A stretch of 35,019 nt of DNA. Source: Acidobacteriota bacterium (GTDB lineage Bacteria > Acidobacteriota > UBA6911 > JACQSX01). The stretch's first letter is position 1; every line of letters starts with the position of its first letter. A program made the translations under genes and the position numbers. The stretch spans positions 1-35,019 of the forward strand of contig DASXQR010000138.1 in NCBI GenBank assembly GCA_036507075.1, written 5' to 3'. The notes beneath the pieces are model-generated. The model had not been told where the DNA came from. It worked only from the letters and a program-made list of their open reading frames with translations, and did not search any database. Shown piece after piece: positions 18,389 through 27,492 of this stretch.

Positions 18389-20626
18389 TCACTTCCGGAA
18401 CAGATACAAAGCCGCCACCATCGCCATCCAATACAGCAGCGTCAAGGTCAGCCCCTGCATCAAGCCGGCAGGCAGGTAACGAAAGCTGATCCGGTGGGTC
18501 CCAACGGGCAGCCAGACGGCCCGCAGCACTCCGTTGCATTTGACGACGGTCGTCTCCAGTCCGTCTACGTAAGCGTACCAACCGCCGTCATAGTTCTCGG
18601 AAAGAACCAACAGCGCCGGCAGGTTGTTTTCCACCTCCAGCTCGATGCGCCGATTGTTCTCCCACAGCAGGCGGGTCCGGCCCTGCAACGGCAGCCTCTG
18701 CTGACCGGCCATCAGGGCTTCATCGGGAAGCTTGTCGCGCTCAAAGGTCGTAAACATCGCTGCGTCAGGATGGTATTCGGCGCTGTTGAGCCACTCGATA
18801 AAACTTCGGTTGCCCAGCACCTGCACGTTTCGAGTCAATTGAAAGCGCGGCAAAAATGAATTTCTTTCAACAACCACCGGGGCGCCGCCTGAATCGCTGC
18901 CGTACTGGTAACGGACGTTCAACAGATCCAGAACGCGCTCCTGCCTTTGATACAACTTCATGTAGTCGGCGGGAACCGTCACGCTGCGTCCGAGCGTGGT
19001 CCGGATTCGGTAAATGAATTGGAAGTTGGCGGGAAAAACCAGATCCGGGTCGTCCCAGCGCCCTTCTGCATTGCGGTACTTATAGATGAATTGCAGCCTG
19101 TCCTGCTGCCGGTGTATCACCTTGGGATAAAACGAAGCGCGGTCCCCCGATCCGTTTTTGGGCAGAATTTCGCGCGTGTTGGCCGCGCAAAGATCCATCA
19201 AAACAGCCACCAGTACAAATCCGGCGAACGCTGCCGGCATGCCGCTGCGCAGCAGTCTCCATCGAAGCAAGGCCAGGGCGATCACCAGCATCAGCCAAAT
19301 GTAGTAAATTCTGGGAAAAGTCTTGTCGAAGGTGAGCAGCAGATTCGAGGTGCTGCCTGTTCCGAGCAGAGACATGGCAACCAAAATCATTCCTGTGAGC
19401 ACGATAAACGTTCCCAGGTAGCGCGTAAGCGTTCGCAGCGCGCGCCGGTCTCGCGGCGACAGATTGTGCAGGAGCAGATCGGCCCCGCTGCCGGCCAAAA
19501 GAGCCAGAGCAAAATGGAACACGAACAATATGCGATCGCTCTGGCGCGCTATTCGCACAAACGGAAGAGCCTGCAGCGGTCCGTGTACTGCCGAAACACC
19601 GGAGAACGCGTACAGAAGGCTGAACAGGGCAAGAGCGGCCATGGGCCACAGTTTCAGCTTTCGACTGCGAAAGAAGCCAAAAGCTGCCAGCAGCAGCGGC
19701 AGCACTCCAAAGTAGATATCCGATTCCCCGGCTCGCTCTGAGACGGGAAACAGCAGGAAAAAAATATGGCGCGGCTGCACGTGCTGGGTTGATTCGAGCT
19801 CGGCCAGCGGGATTTGTTGTCCCGGAGAGATGAATTCCACTGTGTGTCTGAGAGCGGTTTTCGAGTAGCGATAGGAAGGAATAATCTGGACGGCTGAAGC
19901 GAAAAAGGCGCACGTTGCGGCCGCCAGCAAAAGCACCAGCGCACCCGTGCGCCCCACCGTCGCGGCAGGCTTGACCATATACGTTAACACCCACAGGCCC
20001 AGGGAAAGGCCGATATAGATCCCCGGTTCGTGATGCCCTGCCAGAAAGCTCATCCCCCAGGCAGCCCCGGCAAGCATGACAAACTTTGCCTGTTGGCGAA
20101 CGCTAGCCTGGCGAAGTGCTTTGTTAAACAGCAAAAAAACAACCGGCAGCCAGAGGCTGGCATTGAAAAAAGTGATCTGGCGAGCGGCGCTCTGAGCCAT
20201 GGAACCTGAAAAGATGAACGCGATGGCTGCCCCGACGGCGCCCGGCTTCTCCAAGCCCAGAACGCGGGCGCAGCGATACATCGCCCATGCCCCCAGGAGA
20301 TAAGAGAGCAGAATCCAAAAATGGATCCAGTCAACCGACAGCGTCTCACCCAACCGGCCAAGGTAGGCAATCCAGTTCCAGGGATAAAACACAGCCGGCT
20401 GCATCTGGCTGGCAAAATCCTTGCCGCAATAAGAGAAGGGATCCCACAGAGGCATGGTGTGGTTGTATTGAATCTCATGAGCGGCAAACTGATACCAGGG
20501 ATAGAACTGAAGCCCCCACGATTCAGAACTGAGGAAGGCGTATTCAGACGTCAGCGTAATCTTCCAGAAGAACAGGATGGTGAAAATAGCCAGAACTAGA
20601 AACGGAAAGAGACGCCTGGATTGCAT
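18389..20626 (-). CDS. YfhO-like polytopic membrane protein (putative GT-C glycosyltransferase)
   Basis: QFYPW...PLWDPFSYCG.......Q.AVFYP N-terminal signature, many TM segments, YFG.LPL, and C-terminal LVLSENY..GW.AYVDG......K.NG.LRAV.LP.G.H.I.F.Y.P plus a terminal TM. Confidence 0.85.
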   Translation of the reverse strand: MQSRRLFPFLVLAIFTILFFWKITLTSEYAFLSSESWGLQFYPWYQFAAHEIQYNHTMPLWDPFSYCGKDFASQMQPAVFYPWNWIAYLGRLGETLSVDWIHFWILLSYLLGAWAMYRCARVLGLEKPGAVGAAIAFIFSGSMAQSAARQITFFNASLWLPVVFLLFNKALRQASVRQQAKFVMLAGAAWGMSFLAGHHEPGIYIGLSLGLWVLTYMVKPAATVGRTGALVLLLAAATCAFFASAVQIIPSYRYSKTALRHTVEFISPGQQIPLAELESTQHVQPRHIFFLLFPVSERAGESDIYFGVLPLLLAAFGFFRSRKLKLWPMAALALFSLLYAFSGVSAVHGPLQALPFVRIARQSDRILFVFHFALALLAGSGADLLLHNLSPRDRRALRTLTRYLGTFIVLTGMILVAMSLLGTGSTSNLLLTFDKTFPRIYYIWLMLVIALALLRWRLLRSGMPAAFAGFVLVAVLMDLCAANTREILPKNGSGDRASFYPKVIHRQQDRLQFIYKYRNAEGRWDDPDLVFPANFQFIYRIRTTLGRSVTVPADYMKLYQRQERVLDLLNVRYQYGSDSGGAPVVVERNSFLPRFQLTRNVQVLGNRSFIEWLNSAEYHPDAAMFTTFERDKLPDEALMAGQQRLPLQGRTRLLWENNRRIELEVENNLPALLVLSENYDGGWYAYVDGLETTVVKCNGVLRAVWLPVGTHRISFRYLPAGLMQGLTLTLLYWMAMVAALYLFRK

Positions 20627-20653
20627 CGCGGGATGATTCTATCCGAAAGCCCG

Positions 20654-20842
20654 GGCGTGCCGTCAGTACCGCGTCCGTCAGGTCGGGGCGCACCAGCTGG
20701 CCGACCTAATGCGTAAGGTTGAAGGTCTGGTAGTGATAATCACGCAGTCTGGTGCGCCGCGACCTGACGGATCGCGGTACTGACGGCACGCCAGCGACTT
20801 TCGACTTTCGACTTTCAGACTTTCGACTTTAAGCTTTAGACT
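20654..20842. repeat. ~43-bp inverted repeat (20654-20696 / 20749-20792) followed by (GACTTTC)n heptamers (20796-20842)
   Basis: ggcgtgccgtcagtaccgcgtccgtcaggtcggggcgcaccag pairs with the right arm with 1 mismatch and 1 indel. The right arm plus heptamers resembles the reverse complement of 15080-15140. Confidence 0.88.
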
Positions 20843-20851
20843 TTGAAAAAC

Positions 20852-22234
20852 ATGATGACAGAAACTCCCCGGCTTGCCCGGATATTGACGGCGTTGGCCA
20901 TAGTGATCCTGATTTTACTGACCGCGCGTATGTTCGGGCCCGCTGCGCTTTCTTCCGACGATTTCAAGAACCTGTCCTTTGCTCAACTCATCAGTGCTCG
21001 CACCATGCTTGAGAGCAATTTGCGCCCGGCAAATAATATATTTCGGCCCGTAGGAATGACCGTCTACTGGATTCTGTGGCAGGTCTTCGGACTGGATCCG
21101 TTTCCTTATCGCGTTGTTGCCATGGTGATTCACCTGCTAAACGTCGCCCTGGTGTACTCGATTCTCCGATTTGCAGCCGGTTCAGAATTTTGCGCGGCGC
21201 TCGGCGCTTTGCTGTTCGCGTCTCAGCCCGCCTTTGCTTCCATTTTTTACGACTTCGGAACAATCTTTGAGCTGTTGACCGCGCTATGGTTTTTCCTGGC
21301 GCTCCGGATCTATTTCTCGGCGGGTCACACTATCCCGGGCATGTTGCTCGTCTCGCTTGCCTGCTTTCTGGCCAACAACTCCAAAGAGATGGCGGTCACT
21401 CTGCCGGCAGTTCTTTTGCTTTACGAGCTTCTGATTGGAAGGCGATGGAAAACTTCTGCGGCTCGCACCAGCCGGGCTGGCATGTTGGGCGTTCTTTGCA
21501 GACAGCTCCTCATTCCGACGCTGATTGTGCTGTGGTTCTTTCTGGTAAAGCTTCCCGGATTGCGGGCCATCCCGCCTTCTGATCCATACTTTATGGAGTT
21601 TTCGGGTGTTGCTCTGGGCCGAGGATACGGTTGGTACTTCAATTCGCTGTACCAGACCCATCTCAGGTGGGCGGGGTGGATGATCATTGCAACCTTTGCG
21701 GGCGCAGTTTTTGTCTGGAAGCGATGGCGCTGGGCCCTGTTTTTCCTCCTTTACGTCTTCCTCGCGCTGATACCCGTCGTTTTCCTGATTCACCATCGAT
21801 ATGAGTTTTACTGGTATGTTCCCTGCCTTGGACTTTGCGGCCTTATCGCGCTGCTGGTGCGGTCGGCTCTGAGTGCCGCGGCAAACTTTTCGAAGCCGGC
21901 AGGCGCTTTGGCTCTGATGGGAGTATTCGGATTGTTGTGGATCGGGCAGTACGTTCTGGTCGAGCGGCAGACACGTCAACTTAGGGAACGCGTTGACGCT
22001 GACGCCCGGGAGCATCTGAATTTCGTCCAGGACCTGCGATCGCAAGCTCGGCCCGAGCCCGGCGACACAATCTATTACCGTTCGGTCCCTCGAACCTTCG
22101 ATCTCGATACCATTCCTGCGGCAACTCAGGTAGCCCTGGAAAGGTCAGACCTTCAGGGGAAGCTCGTCGAGCAATACCCGGCCGGCGCAAAGTGGCGCTT
22201 TCGCTTTGAGAATTCCAGACTGATCCGGGATTGA
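20852..22234 (+). CDS. Polytopic membrane protein, GT-C-like (ArnT/PMT-type) glycosyltransferase
   Basis: First-loop acidic pair SDDF, FRPVG, FGLDPFPYR...HLLN..LVY, SKEMAVTLP and RYEFYWYVP. Many TM helices. Start may lie anywhere in 20843-20855. Confidence 0.75.
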   Translation: MMTETPRLARILTALAIVILILLTARMFGPAALSSDDFKNLSFAQLISARTMLESNLRPANNIFRPVGMTVYWILWQVFGLDPFPYRVVAMVIHLLNVALVYSILRFAAGSEFCAALGALLFASQPAFASIFYDFGTIFELLTALWFFLALRIYFSAGHTIPGMLLVSLACFLANNSKEMAVTLPAVLLLYELLIGRRWKTSAARTSRAGMLGVLCRQLLIPTLIVLWFFLVKLPGLRAIPPSDPYFMEFSGVALGRGYGWYFNSLYQTHLRWAGWMIIATFAGAVFVWKRWRWALFFLLYVFLALIPVVFLIHHRYEFYWYVPCLGLCGLIALLVRSALSAAANFSKPAGALALMGVFGLLWIGQYVLVERQTRQLRERVDADAREHLNFVQDLRSQARPEPGDTIYYRSVPRTFDLDTIPAATQVALERSDLQGKLVEQYPAGAKWRFRFENSRLIRD

Positions 22235-22259
22235 TAAACAGACAACGTGGAAAAAAAAA

Positions 22260-22428
22260 TTGAACCGCCAAGAACGCGAAGAACGCTAAGAATTTCTTTT
22301 TCAGTCAGTCAGTTCAAATGTTACTGCACTTTACACGTGACACTTCTTCACAACTTCAATTCCTTGCAGTCAGCCGGTTGTTCGGACCCGTGATGAGCTT
22401 AGCGTTCTTCGCGTTCTTCGCGGTTCAA
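22260..22428 (-). mobile_element. MITE-like dispersed element, copy 2 (169 bp, inverted relative to copy 1)
   Basis: Reverse complement aligns end to end with 16301-16460 (about 90% by eye). Same TIRs with one extra 9-mer unit (aacgctaag). Confidence 0.7.
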
Positions 22429-22439
22429 GCTTTTTATCC

Positions 22440-23387
22440 CTACCGTGGCCCTGGCCGTGGGGTGTTTTGAATATCCAGAACAATTGCCTGCAGGATCAAT
22501 TGAAAGCCGAGGATGAAGGGCAGGGCGGCAATCATCACCGTTCCGATCGGCGTCGTCACCCCCGCCATCGCATGTTTGAACCACTGGTAGAAACCAAACA
22601 CCAGTCCAAAAGCGCAAAACGTCAGCCCCAGAATGCCGAATATGGCGACAGGCGAGACATCATAAAACAGGTAGCGCCAGAAGACGCGCCGGAAGAGACC
22701 CGCTATCAGCCGGACAGGAAAATCCACAAGAGCTCGCATCAGCGACAGCGAACTCACTTCATCGGCATAGGAGGCGGGCAGGGGGACATCGAACACGCGG
22801 GCTTGCGCAACGTTCAACCGAATCAGCAGGTCTGTTTCAAAAAAATATCTTGGCGAGAGGCGCGCCAGAGGAAGCCGGCGCAGGGTTTCCGCGCGTGTAG
22901 CCAGGAATCCGTTCACCGGATCAAGAATGTTCCAGTATCCGGAGGCCAGTTTCGCCAGGAAAGTCAGGCCGATATTTCCCACCAGGCGCCAAGCCGGCAT
23001 GGTTCGCAGCTCTCTGGCATGATGAAAACGGCTCCCCTTGGCATGGTCGGCGACTCCCTGCAGCAGCGGCTCCAGGAGTTTGGGAATATCCTGCGGATTC
23101 ATCTGGCCGTCGCCGTCGCACTTGACCACAATGTCAAAATCGGCTTCCAGCGCCGCGCTCATTCCCGTTACGGTCGCTGCGCCCACTCCGCGGTTGCCCG
23201 AATGCCTGAGCAGCACGGCTTTTGAATTGCGCAGTTGCTCGACCTTCATCGCCAGGTCATCGGGCGAGGCGTCATCCACAACATAAATCCGATCCACGCA
23301 TTCGGGCATTAGCCCGACCACTTCTCCAATTTTGGCGGCAACGCGATAGGCAGGGATCACTACCGCAATTCTAGTCTGCCCGATCAT
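22440..23387 (-). CDS. GT2 glycosyltransferase, DPM1-like (polyprenol-phosphate sugar synthase type) with C-terminal TM helices
   Basis: Motifs VVIPAY, VVDDASPD, NRGVGAA, KCDGDGQM, KGSRF, DPVNGF and FETDLL. ATG 23387 overlaps the upstream stop (ATGA). Confidence 0.9.
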   Translation of the reverse strand: MIGQTRIAVVIPAYRVAAKIGEVVGLMPECVDRIYVVDDASPDDLAMKVEQLRNSKAVLLRHSGNRGVGAATVTGMSAALEADFDIVVKCDGDGQMNPQDIPKLLEPLLQGVADHAKGSRFHHARELRTMPAWRLVGNIGLTFLAKLASGYWNILDPVNGFLATRAETLRRLPLARLSPRYFFETDLLIRLNVAQARVFDVPLPASYADEVSSLSLMRALVDFPVRLIAGLFRRVFWRYLFYDVSPVAIFGILGLTFCAFGLVFGFYQWFKHAMAGVTTPIGTVMIAALPFILGFQLILQAIVLDIQNTPRPGPR

Positions 23388-25969
23388 CTGCAATCCCGCG
23401 AGTAAAGATGCGCCTCATCGACATAGATCCCTGCCGCGCCTCCTTTGGATACCAGATATACGTCCGCATAGGTGGCGCCGGCGGGAATCTTTCCCTTGAT
23501 GCGAAACTCCTGCCAGGAGCCGCCCGCCTGAAACTCCTGGCTGTTTGCGCCTAGGAAATTACCGATGTCGTCGCCCCATCCGAGCTGCATTCCGAATGAT
23601 ACCGGCTTTCCCGCGTCCACCGAACGCGCCCAGCAAATCAGTTCTGCGCAACCGAGACCTGAAGGAAGAGGAATGTCTTGCCTCAGCGCCTCACCCGGCC
23701 GGACTCGACCGATGCCTCCGCCCTTGAACGCGTCGGGCCTGGAGATCAGCACCGCACCTCCCGATTCGCCGCGCCAGAATCCCAGGTTGTCCCAGTCTCC
23801 CTTTTCGAACCCCGCATCCAGCAGCAGGTCGGATCCGGGCTGAAGCCGGCTGCTGAACTCTGCCTCCAGCTCGCCGATGGGCTTCATCCTATAGACTGCC
23901 ACCGGGCCTTCCGATTCCACCAGATATTTATCGTCCCAGAAGAAATTGCTGATGCCCGAAGCGGTAAGCCACTTGGCGTCGATGGCGCTCCTGTTTACCA
24001 CCCAGTATCGGGAGCCGGCGCTTGCAAGATATTTGATCTGGGCCAACGCGCCGCGGACTCCATGGAGTTGGATCTCCCAGATCAGGGCATCCATCGGCTC
24101 TACTTTGAAATGCCCTGTTGCTTCATAACCTGTCGACCAGACTCTGGGCCAGCCCAGGTTCAACTCCGGGCGAGCCTGCAGTTTATGAAACCCGGGATAA
24201 GCTCGACCAATGTACTCCCACTCCTGCAATTTGCCGGTGTAAAAATCCCATGGCCAGCCGTGAGGATCGAACCAAGCAGTCGCCATTGAAAACGGAATCT
24301 GAACCAGCGCGATCACGCCCGCAAGGGCACAGAATGACATCCGAGCAACAGCATTAGGTGTGAGACGAGAGATGAGCGGCTGCACCGCCAGAGCCATCAG
24401 CCATAAAGCCGCCAGCCAATACCTTAAATAGGCTGTCACGGTCCACAGCAGGGCCGTTCCGCACACGGCCGAGATGATCAAAGCGCGATCGCGCCAGGGC
24501 TTGTTCCACAGCGTGGGAAGAGCAAATATCAGCAACACCAGAAGCGACAGCCCCAGATAACCATCGTAGCCTTCCACAAACCGGCTTGTTTGGTACGTCA
24601 AGTCAATGGCCCAGAGAAACCAGCCCCGCGGGCCCTGCGGAAGTCGAAAGGTATCGAGGTTTCCAATCCCAACACCCTGTGGCCAGAGGGCCGAAGGGAA
24701 CAGGCGCGCAAGAAATGGGAACACGGGATTGCCGCTGACCCGGTACGCATGCCAGAGCCAGGGAATAGAAACGAACACAAACGCAACCAGTGCGACCAGC
24801 GATCCCCGGATGCTTGCCTTCCATCCGGCGGCTTTCCACGACCGGACGAAGGCAACCAGCAACAAAGGGGCGGCAAAGGTCGCCGTGGAATACTTTGCAT
24901 TCCACGCCAGCCCTGCCGCAGCTCCGGCCGTCAGCCAGAAAATCAGCGACGCTGGGCTTTTCCCCATCACGCACACCACTCCAAGCATGACAATGGCCAG
25001 AATTACGAAACTGTCCTGCATCAGCGATGTAGTAACGGAAACAACCACCGGGCACGTCGCCAGCATTCCGGCCAGAGCGAGGCAAATGGCGCCGTCGACA
25101 TCGGGGCGCCTTCGGGAAACTATCGCCAGCAGCGCAAGCCAGGCAAGAAACATAGCCCAGCGCACCGCAGTCTTTCCCAGGAGCAGAAAAACCGTGGCGG
25201 CATAGGCAAGCCCGCCCTGCGGGATTATGTAAGATGCCTGGAAGGGATTGCTGAAGAAACCGGAATGGTACTTCACGAGCTTCACGTAGGGCCAGTAAAA
25301 GCGCATCGCATCGGACGTTCGCTCGGGCGCAGACGAGGCCACGTACAGGAAGGCCACAATCAGAAAAGCCACCTCCAGTGAGAGGGCAAATGACAGATTC
25401 CACCGGGACTCCAAATCAATCCAGGCGCGACGCACACGATCGACGTAAGAAGCGGGGTCCACCCGGGCGCGCGCCGACACCACTGCCAGCAGCAACAAGG
25501 TACCTGCGACTATCCAGGGTTTGAAAAGTTGGATCATCATCAGGAACGAGGCGACCACCGAAGTGATCCCCATGCCGAAGGCGAGGGACAGACCCCAGCC
25601 GCGCCACTCGTCGGACATGACGCGCTGCACAATTCCGTTGCCGATCCATTCAAACGCCAGCGCCACAGCCAGCAGACCCAGGAAAACCCGAACATTCCTC
25701 CAACCTCCGACGCCGATCAGGCCTGCAGCGGAGAGCAGCCAGAAAATCAGGGCGGCGCGGGCGCCTTTTCGGAGAAGTCCCGTGATCAACAGCAACAACA
25801 GAGCGTGTGCGACGGCCGCCGGTAACAACACCCACCAGAAGGTTACGATTGCCCCCGCCCGCCCCGGAATTCGAGATAACAGGGGAACATAGAAATAGAG
25901 AGACGCGAGAATCAGAATCCCGGCAATACCGATTTTGATGGAAGAATACCGTGTGCTTGAGAAGTCCAT
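23384..25969 (-). CDS. Large polytopic membrane protein (GT-C-like) with C-terminal carbohydrate-binding-like domain
   Basis: Many TM segments, DAMRFYWPY, AKYS and PWLW...SGNPVFPF. C-terminal LLLDAGFEKG...W...LRQDI...WQE...IPAGA..A.V.L......YVDE resembles a CBM4/9-type fold. Confidence 0.75.
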   Translation of the reverse strand: MDFSSTRYSSIKIGIAGILILASLYFYVPLLSRIPGRAGAIVTFWWVLLPAAVAHALLLLLITGLLRKGARAALIFWLLSAAGLIGVGGWRNVRVFLGLLAVALAFEWIGNGIVQRVMSDEWRGWGLSLAFGMGITSVVASFLMMIQLFKPWIVAGTLLLLAVVSARARVDPASYVDRVRRAWIDLESRWNLSFALSLEVAFLIVAFLYVASSAPERTSDAMRFYWPYVKLVKYHSGFFSNPFQASYIIPQGGLAYAATVFLLLGKTAVRWAMFLAWLALLAIVSRRRPDVDGAICLALAGMLATCPVVVSVTTSLMQDSFVILAIVMLGVVCVMGKSPASLIFWLTAGAAAGLAWNAKYSTATFAAPLLLVAFVRSWKAAGWKASIRGSLVALVAFVFVSIPWLWHAYRVSGNPVFPFLARLFPSALWPQGVGIGNLDTFRLPQGPRGWFLWAIDLTYQTSRFVEGYDGYLGLSLLVLLIFALPTLWNKPWRDRALIISAVCGTALLWTVTAYLRYWLAALWLMALAVQPLISRLTPNAVARMSFCALAGVIALVQIPFSMATAWFDPHGWPWDFYTGKLQEWEYIGRAYPGFHKLQARPELNLGWPRVWSTGYEATGHFKVEPMDALIWEIQLHGVRGALAQIKYLASAGSRYWVVNRSAIDAKWLTASGISNFFWDDKYLVESEGPVAVYRMKPIGELEAEFSSRLQPGSDLLLDAGFEKGDWDNLGFWRGESGGAVLISRPDAFKGGGIGRVRPGEALRQDIPLPSGLGCAELICWARSVDAGKPVSFGMQLGWGDDIGNFLGANSQEFQAGGSWQEFRIKGKIPAGATYADVYLVSKGGAAGIYVDEAHLYSRDCR

Positions 25970-26121
25970 GCGCCAGGCTGTTTCCGGAAAGTGTCCTGAA
26001 AAAAAATGTTAACTGTAATCAAGTAGTTTCAAAAACTCAAGGATTGCACTCGTTGTGCTCCTGCTATCATCATTTGCCGGAAAGACTAGTATTTGCTTGC
26101 AAAAGTTCGCGCATGAAAGTC

Positions 26122-26261
26122 TAACCACAAAGACACGAAGGACACAAAGGGAAGACGTGGGGCAGGCAGAGGCCGGTCAGCAACCGCTTCCACTTTTGGA
26201 CAGTTGACCGGCCTCTGCCTGCCCCACGTCTTACTTCGTGCTCTTTGTGCCTCTGTGGTTA
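26122..26261. repeat. Nested hairpin: outer AACCACAAAGACACGAAG-type arms around a perfect 28-bp inverted repeat
   Basis: aagacgtggggcaggcagaggccggtca (26152-26179) and its exact reverse complement (26205-26232). Outer imperfect arms at 26122-26149 and 26234-26261. Confidence 0.9.
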
Positions 26262-26297
26262 AAGAATTAGCGGTTCAATTTGCCCAGGTGAATTTAA

Positions 26298-27359
26298 TTG
26301 CAAAACCATAACTCCGGAACGGCTTGCACGGCCTGCATAATTATTGTCAATTACAACGGCGGGCAGGCGCTGCCGGAGTGCCTGCGGTCGGTTTTGAAAA
26401 CGCTGAGACCGGGGGATGCGTTGATCGTGGTGGATAACGCATCCACCGACGGCAGTGCGGAAGCGGTGCGACGCGATTTCCCCAATGTAACGATGGTTTG
26501 TTCTGACAGAAATCTCGGGTTTGCCGCCGGCAACAATCTTGGCGCAACCCGGGCGTCGACTTCCCACCTGATTTTTTTGAATCCGGACACAACGGTTACA
26601 CGCGGATGGTTGGAGTCTCTGGTCTCCCCGCTGCAATCCGGTTCTGTGACCGGGCTGGCTACATCCAAAATACTTCTTTCCGATCAGCCGGATCGGATAA
26701 ACACTTGCGGAAACTCGGTGCATATTTCCGGACTGACGCTTTGCCGCGGCCTGGGCCAGGGGCGAAGCAGTTTTGAACATCCCGAAGAGGTTCCGGCTGT
26801 TTCCGGAGCCTCGTTTGCCATCAGCCGCGCGCTGTTTGAGGAACTCGGCGGGTTCGATGAGGATTTCTTTCTCTATATGGAAGACACGGATTTATCGCTG
26901 CGGGCGCGATTGGCGGGCTGGAGCTGCCTCCTGGTACCCGACAGCGAGGTGCTTCACCACTACAGTTTTCGACTCGGGCCTTTGAAGATTTTCTACCAGG
27001 AGCGCAACCGGTATCTGATGTTGCTCAAGATTTTCAAGTGGCGCAGCCTGATAGCCCTCCTACCCGCCCTAATGCTGGCAGAGATCGTTACCTGGGGTTA
27101 CTCGGTCATGAACCGGCGGTCGCTGGAGAAGGTGAAAGCGTATTACTGGATTTTTTCGCACTGGCAATTGGTTCTTTCCAAGCGCCGCGGTGCGCAGCGC
27201 CTGCGCAAATCGTCCGACCGCCAATTGCTGCTTTCCCTGGGTACCTCTCTGGATTTCGCCCAAGCATCCGGGGGCTGGCCTGCCAAAACCGCCGCACTGG
27301 TGCTTAACCCCCTATTCCGACTTGCTCGCGCTCTGGTTGCTGCGCTGGTTTGGTGGTGA
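26298..27359 (+). CDS. GT2 family glycosyltransferase (WbbL/rhamnosyltransferase-like subgroup)
   Basis: Motifs IIVNYN, VVDNASTDGS, NLGFAAGNN, FLNPD and GGFDEDFFLYMEDTDL. TTG start with AGGTG upstream. Confidence 0.9.
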   Translation: MQNHNSGTACTACIIIVNYNGGQALPECLRSVLKTLRPGDALIVVDNASTDGSAEAVRRDFPNVTMVCSDRNLGFAAGNNLGATRASTSHLIFLNPDTTVTRGWLESLVSPLQSGSVTGLATSKILLSDQPDRINTCGNSVHISGLTLCRGLGQGRSSFEHPEEVPAVSGASFAISRALFEELGGFDEDFFLYMEDTDLSLRARLAGWSCLLVPDSEVLHHYSFRLGPLKIFYQERNRYLMLLKIFKWRSLIALLPALMLAEIVTWGYSVMNRRSLEKVKAYYWIFSHWQLVLSKRRGAQRLRKSSDRQLLLSLGTSLDFAQASGGWPAKTAALVLNPLFRLARALVAALVWW

Positions 27360-27367
27360 TGATGGCC

Positions 27368-27482
27368 AATGCGGAGAGCCGAATGCGGAATGCGGAATGC
27401 GGAATATATCCAGCTTAACTCTCCTTAGCGAGGTCAAAAAAATCAATCCCTATTCCACATTCCGCATTCCGAAATCCACATT
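27368..27482. repeat. Inverted heptamer arrays (AATGCGG)n / (ATTCCGC)n
   Basis: gaatgcggaatgcggaatgcggaat, then about 45 bp, then attccacattccgcattccgaaatccacatt. Lies between convergent genes. Confidence 0.85.
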
Positions 27483-27492
27483 TGAAGCGTAT

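Noticed and set aside
18947..19994. Long overlapping ORFs (264 aa +, 304 aa -) and similar ones inside ligA, glgP, the 861-aa gene and the TonB receptor
   Set aside because: They are alternative-frame or antisense ORFs expected in GC-rich coding DNA, with no recognisable motifs.
16301..22428. Invertible segment or composite transposon bounded by the two inverted element copies
   Set aside because: No recombinase or transposase is in the window, the copies are diverged, and a third copy lies outside. Independent insertions are simpler. Read-pair orientation data would settle it.
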